DNA of 54,983 nucleotides, from positions 1 through 54,983 of the forward strand of contig JABUTA010000001.1 in the NCBI GenBank assembly GCA_021443845.1. Reading direction: 5' to 3'. Below are positions 48,084 through 54,983 of this stretch, in pieces. Source of the stretch: Parasporobacterium sp. GTDB taxonomy: Bacteria; Bacillota; Clostridia; Lachnospirales; Lachnospiraceae. Position 1 is the stretch's first letter, and each line of letters begins with the position of its first letter. A program made the translations under genes and the position numbers. Below the pieces are notes generated by a model. It saw only the letters and a program-made list of their open reading frames with translations. It ran no database searches and had not been told where the DNA came from.

Positions 48084-48365
48084 TTATTTTCCTGAATGTT
48101 TCTTTTTATTGTACCTGTACAGAGTGATCTTCTTACCCATAACCTGTATAACAGAACTGTTTGTTCTGGCAGCCACGGTTTCGGCAATTTCATGAGGATC
48201 GTCCATACAGTTTTTCAATACACCTATTTTTATCAGTTCTCTTGCTTCCAGCACTTCGTCTATGGCAGCAGTGACCTCCGGTGTAAGTGATTCCTTTCCG
48301 ACATTGATCACAGGTTCAAGATGATGAGCCTGGCTCCTTAATGCTGCTCTTTCTTTTCCGGTCAT
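48084..48365 (-). CDS. yhbY: CRM-domain RNA-binding protein YhbY
   Basis: LRSQAHHLEPVINVGKESLT and ELIKIGVL motifs; 93 aa. Confidence 0.9.
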   Translation of the reverse strand: MTGKERAALRSQAHHLEPVINVGKESLTPEVTAAIDEVLEARELIKIGVLKNCMDDPHEIAETVAARTNSSVIQVMGKKITLYRYNKKKHSGK

Positions 48366-48409
48366 ATATAACTCCTGAAATAATCATACTGATGAATTAT
48401 TGAACATCA

Positions 48410-49714
48410 TCAGTCATTATAGTATTCAAATTCGTGTCCGTAAACCCTTACAGTGTTGCCTTCACATATACCAAGATCTTTCAGCTGATCCAGGATTCCC
48501 TGTTCACGCATGAAATTCTGGAAAAACAGAAAGCCCTTTTCCGATTCAAGGTTGGTGTAGCCAAGCATTCTTTCAATACGGGGGCCCTCAACACTGTAAA
48601 GTTCTTCGGATTCCTTCTTTACATAGTACGGCAGGATTTCTTCTCCGAACAGATCATCTATACCTATTTCACTTTCAAACACAGAATTGTCTGCGGGATT
48701 CTCATTAAGCAGATTCATGACATGATACAGAAGAGGCTTTACGCCCTCTCCTGTTGCTGCAGAGATAGGAAAAACTGCAATTTCAGAATCTTCAGTGTCT
48801 GTATTAAATGCCTGTCTGATACGGCTGATGATGTCATTCTTTTCATCTTCATCATAGATAAGGTCCATCTTATTTGCAGCCACCACCTGTATTTTTCTGC
48901 CCAGAATGTTATTATAACGCTCCAGTTCACAGTTAATAGCTGATATATCCTCCACAGGATCCCTTCCCTCAGTACCTGCGGCATCAACCAGATGAATCAG
49001 GATACGGCATCTTTCTATATGTCTCAGAAACTCATGTCCGAGGCCTGCACCATCAGCAGCACCTTCGATCAGTCCCGGAATATCAGCTATGACAAATCCG
49101 GTTTCACCAAGATCAACAACTCCAAGATTCGGACTGAGTGTCGTAAAATGGTAGTCAGCTATCTTCGGGCGGGCATTAGTCACTCTTGACAGAAATGTTG
49201 ATTTTCCAACATTAGGAAAACCTACCAGACCCACATCGGCGATACTCTTTAATTCAAGAATGACTTCCATTTCCTGGGACTTACCCCCGGGCTGTGCATA
49301 TTTTGGTGCCTGCATGACTGAAGTCGCATAATGCATGTTGCCATTGCCGCCCCGGCCTCCCTTAAGCATAGTGTAAGGCTCTTCAGAATTGCCCATATCA
49401 TGGATGATCTTTCCGGTTTCGGCATGTTTTATTATTGTACCCTTTGGCACATGGATTATAAGATTCTCACCGCTTTTTCCATGCATACGCTTTTTGCCGC
49501 CTTCTTCTCCGGATTCAGCAGCATATTTTCTCTTATGTTTGAAATCAATAAGCGTATTGATATTCTCATCGCAAAGGAAAACAATATCTCCGCCGTTTCC
49601 TCCGTCGCCTCCGTCAGGTCCTCCGTCCGGAACAAATTTTTCACGGCGGAAGCTGACATGACCGTCGCCGCCTTTACCGGATTTTATAATGATCCTCGCA
49701 CTGTCAACAAACAT
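48410..49714 (-). CDS. obg: GTPase Obg/CgtA
   Basis: MFVDSARIIIKSGKGGDGHVSFRREKF glycine-rich Obg fold, G1 GFPNVGKST, DIPGLIEGA, NKMD, and a C-terminal OCT-like domain. Confidence 0.96.
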   Translation of the reverse strand: MFVDSARIIIKSGKGGDGHVSFRREKFVPDGGPDGGDGGNGGDIVFLCDENINTLIDFKHKRKYAAESGEEGGKKRMHGKSGENLIIHVPKGTIIKHAETGKIIHDMGNSEEPYTMLKGGRGGNGNMHYATSVMQAPKYAQPGGKSQEMEVILELKSIADVGLVGFPNVGKSTFLSRVTNARPKIADYHFTTLSPNLGVVDLGETGFVIADIPGLIEGAADGAGLGHEFLRHIERCRILIHLVDAAGTEGRDPVEDISAINCELERYNNILGRKIQVVAANKMDLIYDEDEKNDIISRIRQAFNTDTEDSEIAVFPISAATGEGVKPLLYHVMNLLNENPADNSVFESEIGIDDLFGEEILPYYVKKESEELYSVEGPRIERMLGYTNLESEKGFLFFQNFMREQGILDQLKDLGICEGNTVRVYGHEFEYYND

Positions 49715-49756
49715 TTATTACTCCTGTTTATAATAAAATAAAGACATTATTGCTGT

Positions 49757-49789
49757 AAAAAGGCTTCAAACCATGAGATTTGAAGCCTT
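49757..49789 (-). terminator. rho-independent terminator after rpmA
   Basis: On the minus strand: AAGGCTTCAAA-tctcatgg-TTTGAAGCCTT followed by TTTT. Confidence 0.75.
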
Positions 49790-49800
49790 GAATTCCAGAA

Positions 49801-50061
49801 TTATTCTTCTACCGGGAGAACAGAAACCTGTTTTCTGTCTCTGCCTAATCTGTGGAAACTTACTGTTCCGTCGATTAATGCAAACAGAGTGTCATCCTTA
49901 CCGCGGCCAACATTCTCGCCGGGATGAATATGTGTACCTCTCTGTCTGTAAAGGATATTTCCAGCTTTTACAAACTGTCCGTCTGCTCTCTTAGCGCCTA
50001 AGCGTTTAGACTCGGAATCTCTGCCGTTTCGTGTGGAGCCCACACCTTTTTTATGTGCCAT
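49801..50061 (-). CDS. rpmA: 50S ribosomal protein L27, no N-terminal propeptide
   Basis: [22 protein letters not shown]. An in-frame TAA sits immediately upstream of the ATG. GGAG RBS 9 nt upstream. Confidence 0.97.
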   Translation of the reverse strand: MAHKKGVGSTRNGRDSESKRLGAKRADGQFVKAGNILYRQRGTHIHPGENVGRGKDDTLFALIDGTVSFHRLGRDRKQVSVLPVEE

Positions 50062-50079
50062 TTAATTCAACTCCTTCTC

Positions 50080-50388
50080 TTATCCAATAATGTTCTTGAT
50101 CTCTACTTCAGTATAGCACTGTCTGTGACCGTTCTTCTTATGGAAGCCTTTTTTAGGTTTGTATTTGTAAACAATAACCTTTTTAGCTTTGTCCTGAGCG
50201 GTTACTTCACCAACTACTTTTGCTCCTGCAACTGTAGGATTGCCTACTTTTGCAGATTCTCCGCCGATCATAAGAACCTGATCGAATTCGATCTGTGAGC
50301 CGACTTCAACTTCGAGCTTTTCAACTCTTACCTTGTCACCTTCACAAACCTTATACTGCTTGCCACCGGTTGCAATAATTGCGTACAT
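50080..50388 (-). CDS. rplU: 50S ribosomal protein L21
   Basis: [14 protein letters not shown] start with GGAGG 6 nt upstream. The longer ORF-track start at 50451 is unlikely. Confidence 0.96.
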   Translation of the reverse strand: MYAIIATGGKQYKVCEGDKVRVEKLEVEVGSQIEFDQVLMIGGESAKVGNPTVAGAKVVGEVTAQDKAKKVIVYKYKPKKGFHKKNGHRQCYTEVEIKNIIG

Positions 50389-50443
50389 AATGTACCTCCA
50401 AATAAAATACTCGCCAATTGTGGTGCCGATAACGAACTTAAAA

Positions 50444-50499
50444 AACCTCATTGTGCGGCTAACTTATGCATGATAGCACACAATGAGGTTTCCTGTCAA
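50444..50499 (-). promoter_or_regulatory. terminator hairpin of the upstream gene interleaved with a candidate rplU promoter
   Basis: 12-bp stem aacctcattgtg (50444-50455) / cacaatgaggtt (50479-50490), followed on the minus strand by TTTTTT. On the minus strand: TTGACA (50494-50499), 18-nt spacer, TGcTATCAT (-10 at 50470-50475). Confidence 0.5.
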
Positions 50500-50521
50500 C
50501 TTATAAATTGTTCGAAAAATA

Positions 50522-51250
50522 TCAGAACAATGGATATACCGTTCCGTTAAACCAGCTGTATCCCAGATCGATTGCAGGGATAACACTGAGGTTTGCAAGA
50601 AGACCGATAAGGAACCAGATGAGAAGAAGAACAAGGATGATGTTTATTATCAGGCAGATAACAAATCCTGCTCCATGACCTTTCTTTTCCTGATAGTCAT
50701 CATAATCGTCATCATAATATCTGTCGTCATAACGATCATCATAATATCTGTCGTCATAATCATCTTCGTAGTAGTCATTACGAGACCTTCTCGGAGGCTG
50801 CTGCGGCTGTCTGCGAGGATCATAATCCCTTCTGTTCCTTGGCTGAGGACGTCTCTGTGGAACGTCATCATAATCATCTTCATAATAATTGTCAGAATAT
50901 TCTTCACGTCTGCGTGGCTGTTCCGGTTCTTTTCTTGGCTGTTTTTCCTGAACAGTTGCAGCAGGCTTCTCCTGATCATATGGAGACTTAACGTTTTCAA
51001 CAGAAGGCATTGCTATCTTACATGCCTCATCATATGCAATCTTGAGTGCTTCCGAATGAATGCTTGCCGGCTCCTGTCCACCCTGGATCTGCTGGATAAG
51101 CTTTGACAATGTGCTCTTGGTGGCCTGCATAGCAGTATCATGATTGCCGGTTATGCCCTTGGCAAAATCATATATATCCTGGGCATTTTCCTGATAAAGC
51201 TGCTTGATGGCATCTGAACTTCCTGACTTGATATCATCTATTAAACTCAT
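50522..51250 (-). CDS. tail-anchored membrane protein with helical N-domain and extreme R/P/Q plus D/Y low-complexity tract
   Basis: 242 aa. Residues 1-85 look globular and helical. Residues 90-198 are charged low complexity (RRPQPRNRRDYDPRRQPQQPPRR, YYEDDYDDRYYDDRYDDRYYDDDYDDY). A TM segment (FVICLIINIILVLLLIWFLIGLL) lies near the C-terminus. GAGGTAGG RBS. Confidence 0.75.
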   Translation of the reverse strand: MSLIDDIKSGSSDAIKQLYQENAQDIYDFAKGITGNHDTAMQATKSTLSKLIQQIQGGQEPASIHSEALKIAYDEACKIAMPSVENVKSPYDQEKPAATVQEKQPRKEPEQPRRREEYSDNYYEDDYDDVPQRRPQPRNRRDYDPRRQPQQPPRRSRNDYYEDDYDDRYYDDRYDDRYYDDDYDDYQEKKGHGAGFVICLIINIILVLLLIWFLIGLLANLSVIPAIDLGYSWFNGTVYPLF

Positions 51251-51313
51251 AATTCCTACCTCGAAATATAATAATTAATGTTATACGCAGTACATATTAA
51301 CATTATTACAAAA

Positions 51314-52528
51314 TTATTGCAATATTGTTGTATCTATAAGTTCATATAAAGGTTTGCGTATTTTCTTTCTTGTAATTTCAACAAGATTCAGCTTTGTCAT
51401 TTCGACTATATTGGTCTTAACAGGATCCGTTTGCAACCGGCTTTTCATATAATCAAGCAGCATGTTTTTTCCGGCTTCGGATTTCATGTTGATAAAGTCA
51501 ATGATGATTATTCCTGAAAGATTTCTGAGTCTTATCTGGCGTGCAATTTCCTTTGCTGCTTCAAGATTAACCTTCAGATATTCATCTTCCGCTTTCTTTT
51601 CCGAAATATACTTGCCTGTATTGACATCTATGACTACCAGGGCTTCTGTAGGTTCTATTATCAGATATCCCCCTGACTTCAGCCACACTTTTTTCTGCAG
51701 AGCTTCTGAGATCTGTCTGTCGATATTATACATGGTATGAAGCGAAACACAGCTTCCGCTGTATAAGCGGAGTTTGTCCGTGTCATCAGGCTGATACCGG
51801 TCAAGATACTCTTTTAGTTCCCTGAAAATATCTTCATCATCTGTAATTATCTCTCCGAGAACATCTTCGTAGCCATCTCTTATGTTGACCATATATGATC
51901 TGGGAGCCTGATATATCTGGGACAGGCAGTTGTTGTACAGACCGCAGTCTCTCAGCATAAGCCACAGAGAATAATAAAAATCTGTTTCTTCAAATATCTG
52001 ATCCACATCCGCATAAGCTGCATTTGTCCTTATAATAAAACCTATATCATCATAAGTACAGCTGCTGTATCTTTTCTGGATGATTTTCTTTTTTTCCGGA
52101 TCCTTGAACTTATTTGAAAAATGAAGTCCCTTCTCGCCCACAGTAAGAACAACATACTTGCCGGTAAGATTTATATCTGATGTCAGTACAGGCTCTTTTG
52201 TCTTGATACCGTCTTTTGATACCTGTACCATCAGTTTATCGCCCTTACGCAAAGGCCCTGGTTTTCTCGCAGGATTGGTATACATTGGCTGAACAACAGA
52301 ATCCAGAGGAAAATAGCCCATTTTACCCGGGGCAAACTCCACAAATGCTGCATTTATGCTGCGGACAATATTATCAACCCTTCCGATGTAGATATTCCCG
52401 ATAATACTTTCTGTTCGCCCTCCGTCAATGCTTATCTGGACTGCTTTGTCCTTTTCATCAGTAAGAAGGGAAAAGATATATCCGTTTTTTCTGGTGATTA
52501 TAAGTTTTCCTTTATTATTTTCATTCAT
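51314..52528 (-). CDS. rng: ribonuclease E/G family protein (RNase G-like)
   Basis: S1 domain GNIYIGRVDNIVRSINAAFVEF and the catalytic core region IIEPTEALVVIDVNTGK. Confidence 0.9.
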   Translation of the reverse strand: MNENNKGKLIITRKNGYIFSLLTDEKDKAVQISIDGGRTESIIGNIYIGRVDNIVRSINAAFVEFAPGKMGYFPLDSVVQPMYTNPARKPGPLRKGDKLMVQVSKDGIKTKEPVLTSDINLTGKYVVLTVGEKGLHFSNKFKDPEKKKIIQKRYSSCTYDDIGFIIRTNAAYADVDQIFEETDFYYSLWLMLRDCGLYNNCLSQIYQAPRSYMVNIRDGYEDVLGEIITDDEDIFRELKEYLDRYQPDDTDKLRLYSGSCVSLHTMYNIDRQISEALQKKVWLKSGGYLIIEPTEALVVIDVNTGKYISEKKAEDEYLKVNLEAAKEIARQIRLRNLSGIIIIDFINMKSEAGKNMLLDYMKSRLQTDPVKTNIVEMTKLNLVEITRKKIRKPLYELIDTTILQ

Positions 52529-53184
52529 TTTGTCTGATAATCAATTAAAGGTTTGATATCCGGACCGTACAGTTCAATACGTGTAATACTGATCATATCC
52601 CGCGAAAAAGCAACACCGTTAAATGTCAGAATATCCGCCGCAATAAGCTCCGGTTTCAGGTTGTTTTCACTGCCTGCTTTCATAAGAATACTCAGTACCC
52701 TGCCCGTCATATTCATATCAACGAGAATCGCTTTAACATCAACATCCTTTATTCCTGTTTTTGTTTTTTTCTGAATAAATATCTTATCCCGGGACAGATA
52801 GCCGGTAATGTTAAGGTCATATGCGTTGTCAAATAACACTTCATATGAGGCATAACGGACTGACGCCATTCCTTTATCGGCATTATCTTCCAGCTCCCGT
52901 ACAGCTATAACATCAAATCCGATACCTGCAGCCATTCCAAGCCTTCTGCATATATCAGCAGGATCCTGTCCGTCAGCAATTTCTGCATCCAGATATTCAG
53001 CCCTGCTGGAAATACCCACGCCCAGAGGAAGTGCAAAATTCATTTTCTGGTGGGGATTAAAGCCCTCGGAGTACGTCATCTTAATATCAGCACGGTTAAA
53101 ACATTTCTGGAACGAACGCATGATATCCAGATGACCCAGATACTTCACAATTTCATTTTTGGTAAATTTAATTCTTATACGCAT
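52525..53184 (-). CDS. DUF2344 / TIGR03936-type radical-SAM-associated protein
   Basis: MRIRIKFTKNEIVKYLGHLDIMRSFQKCFNRADIKMTYSEGFNPHQKM is characteristic. Conserved position between the B12-binding radical SAM gene and RNase E/G. Confidence 0.85.
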   Translation of the reverse strand: MRIRIKFTKNEIVKYLGHLDIMRSFQKCFNRADIKMTYSEGFNPHQKMNFALPLGVGISSRAEYLDAEIADGQDPADICRRLGMAAGIGFDVIAVRELEDNADKGMASVRYASYEVLFDNAYDLNITGYLSRDKIFIQKKTKTGIKDVDVKAILVDMNMTGRVLSILMKAGSENNLKPELIAADILTFNGVAFSRDMISITRIELYGPDIKPLIDYQTK

Positions 53185-54968
53185 GGACAGTACTCACCTC
53201 CCGCAAAGGATGCAGCCCCGCATCCGCTGCACTTCTGCCTGCAGTTCAATGTTACCCTTTCTTCCAGTGCGTTCCTGTACTCTCTCTTAAGGAAAGCCTT
53301 AGAAACACCTGCATCTATAAAGTCCCAGGGGAGTATTTCATCAGTACTTCTCTGTCTGTAAATATAAAAGTCTGCAGTAAGGCCGGCGTCTTCCATAGCC
53401 TTAAGCCATCTGTCATAATCAAAGAATTCAGTCCAGGCATCATATAATCCGCCGGCATCGTAAACATTTTCAATAACTCTGCTGATTTTTCTGTCGCCTC
53501 TTGCAAGGATGCCCTCGATAATGGTTGTCTTCGCATCATGCCATTTATAGCTTATGGCTTTTTTGTTAAGCTCACCTTTTATCGTATCATTAAGGAGGAA
53601 CGCTTTGCTCAGATAATCCTCAGGAGTATACATTGCTTCCCACTGGAACGGTGTAAAAGGCTTCGGAATAAAGAATGATGTGCTGACGGTAATCTGGATT
53701 TTTCCTTTTCGCTGCTCTTTAGGTACAGTATCGTAATAATGTTCTGCAATACGTTCTGCAAGAGCGGAAATTCCTTTTATATCTTCTTCAGTTTCCGTAG
53801 GAAGTCCCAGCATAAAGTACAGCTTGACCTTGTTCCAGCCGCAGGCAAATGCATTCCCTGCCCCTGTCATTATATTTTCCTCGGTGATGCCTTTATTAAT
53901 GACATCCCTCATTCTCTGGGTTCCTGCTTCCGGAGCAAAAGTCAGAGAACTTTTTCTTATATCCTGAACCTTGTTCATTACTTCAACAGGAAATTCATCA
54001 ATTCTCAGTGACGGAAGGGATACGTTAACATTTCTGTCTCTGAATTTATCAAGAAGAAAATCGAGAAGCTCCACAAGGTGGGGATAATCTGAGGAACTGA
54101 GTGATGAAAGTGATATTTCTTCATAACCGGTATTTTCTATAAGAAATTCCGCATGTTTTTTCAGAAAATCCAGGGATCTGGTCCTGAAAGGACGGTAGAT
54201 CATTCCGGCCTGACAGAATCTGCAGCCCCGGATGCAGCCTCGCTGTATTTCCAGGGTTACCCTGTCCTGAGTTGCCTGAACATAAGGTATAACAGGTTTA
54301 TCCGGAAAGCTTACATTATCAAGATCCCCGCACACCTGTTTTCTTACAACAGAAGGTGCAGTGATCCCATTGTCAGTTGTCAGCGGCGTGAAAGATTTTA
54401 TTGTACCGTCCTGAAAATATTCAGCCTTATAGAGAGAAGGAACATATATACCCTGTATCTGCGACGCAGCAGCAAGGAATTCCCTGCGGCTTCTTCCAAA
54501 GTCACGGTATTCCTTATACATATCAATAAGATCAAAATATATGGTTTCACCTTCTCCTATGTAGAAAAGATCGAAAAATTCAGCAACAGGCTCAGGATTA
54601 TACGCACATGGTCCCCCTCCGATGACTATTGGATGTTCATCGGTTCTGTCTTCACTGTGAAACGGAATATGTGCCAGATCAAGGATCTGAAGAATGTTCG
54701 TATAGCACATTTCATACTGAAGGGTAATCCCCAGAAAATCAAAATCCTTCACCGGATCCTGTGATTCCAGTGCAAACAGCGGTATGTTTTCTTTCTTCAT
54801 AATGTCATGAAGATCCTTCCATGGAGAGTACACCCGTTCACACCATATATCATCCCTTTCATTAAGCATGGAGTATAATATCTGTATACCGAGATGCGAC
54901 ATTCCTATCTCATAAAGATCCGGAAAACACATGGCGAATCTTACGGAAATATTCTCGGAATTTTTCAT
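53175..54968 (-). CDS. B12-binding-domain radical SAM protein (TIGR03960-like)
   Basis: N-terminal FPDLYEIGMSHLGIQILY, radical SAM CIRGCRFCQAG, and a Cys-rich C-terminus. Confidence 0.88.
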   Translation of the reverse strand: MKNSENISVRFAMCFPDLYEIGMSHLGIQILYSMLNERDDIWCERVYSPWKDLHDIMKKENIPLFALESQDPVKDFDFLGITLQYEMCYTNILQILDLAHIPFHSEDRTDEHPIVIGGGPCAYNPEPVAEFFDLFYIGEGETIYFDLIDMYKEYRDFGRSRREFLAAASQIQGIYVPSLYKAEYFQDGTIKSFTPLTTDNGITAPSVVRKQVCGDLDNVSFPDKPVIPYVQATQDRVTLEIQRGCIRGCRFCQAGMIYRPFRTRSLDFLKKHAEFLIENTGYEEISLSSLSSSDYPHLVELLDFLLDKFRDRNVNVSLPSLRIDEFPVEVMNKVQDIRKSSLTFAPEAGTQRMRDVINKGITEENIMTGAGNAFACGWNKVKLYFMLGLPTETEEDIKGISALAERIAEHYYDTVPKEQRKGKIQITVSTSFFIPKPFTPFQWEAMYTPEDYLSKAFLLNDTIKGELNKKAISYKWHDAKTTIIEGILARGDRKISRVIENVYDAGGLYDAWTEFFDYDRWLKAMEDAGLTADFYIYRQRSTDEILPWDFIDAGVSKAFLKREYRNALEERVTLNCRQKCSGCGAASFAGGEYCPCV

Positions 54969-54983
54969 TACAGAGTTAACTTC

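Noticed and set aside
50709-50762. Tandem 27-bp direct repeat that could be mistaken for a mini-array or CRISPR-like repeat.
   Set aside because: There are only two adjacent copies, with no spacers. The repeat is in-frame within a coding region and encodes the DDRYYDDRY repeat. No cas genes are present in the window.
50675-51106. A 143-aa + strand ORF of I/V/F repeats, and a second minus-strand frame ORF (50650-51000), both overlapping the low-complexity gene.
   Set aside because: These are frame and strand artefacts of the GAT/GAC/TAT repeat DNA. Only the 242-aa frame has an RBS, a globular N-domain and a TM helix.
54153-54764. Long antisense ORFs inside confirmed genes. Examples: 203 aa at 54153-54764, 169 aa at 48434-48943, 153 aa at 640-1101, 142 aa at 4643-5071, 149 aa at 32354-32803 and 139 aa at 6882-7301.
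   Set aside because: Each lies wholly within, and opposite to, a gene with an unmistakable conserved product. Their translations are low-complexity (rich in S, I, F, L) with no motifs or RBS. They are typical shadow ORFs of AT-rich coding DNA.

Overview
This window looks like an ordinary core-chromosome segment of a low-GC Gram-positive, Clostridia-like Firmicute. It is densely packed with housekeeping genes. On the + strand: polC (3' part), pgk-tpiA, ruvAB, a SEDS/class-B PBP pair, yicC-gmk-rpoZ-rimO-pgsA, an EF-G paralog, two flavoproteins, miaB-mutS-maf-mutL-miaA, radC-mreBCD-mrdA-rodA, an MGS-like gene, yggS-sepF, lspA-rluD, a TtcA-like PP-loop ATPase, a XerC-like recombinase and lexA. 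recA is the only minus-strand gene inside this + block. From about 47.1 kb onward a minus-strand block follows: rsfS-yqeK-yhbY-obg, rpmA-rplU, RNase G and its associated radical-SAM pair. There is one tRNA-Glu(CUC). I found no CRISPR array, transposase, prophage, toxin-antitoxin pair or recognisable defence island, and no convincing evidence for a wholly new system. The points most worth a second look follow. (1) A textbook-like SOS divergon with three LexA boxes between lexA and a YneA-like TM+LysM gene. (2) Non-canonical members of the cell-shape cluster: an MreB with a degenerate phosphate-2 motif, an MGS-like protein lacking catalytic Asp/His, and a translationally coupled mini P-loop protein plus membrane barrel-sandwich protein of unknown role. 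(3) A tail-anchored protein with an extreme R/P/Q plus D/Y repeat tract. (4) Losses from conserved Firmicute clusters: no prp and no L27 propeptide, and no nadD between yhbY and yqeK. All product calls come from reading the translations and recalling family motifs; no database search was run.
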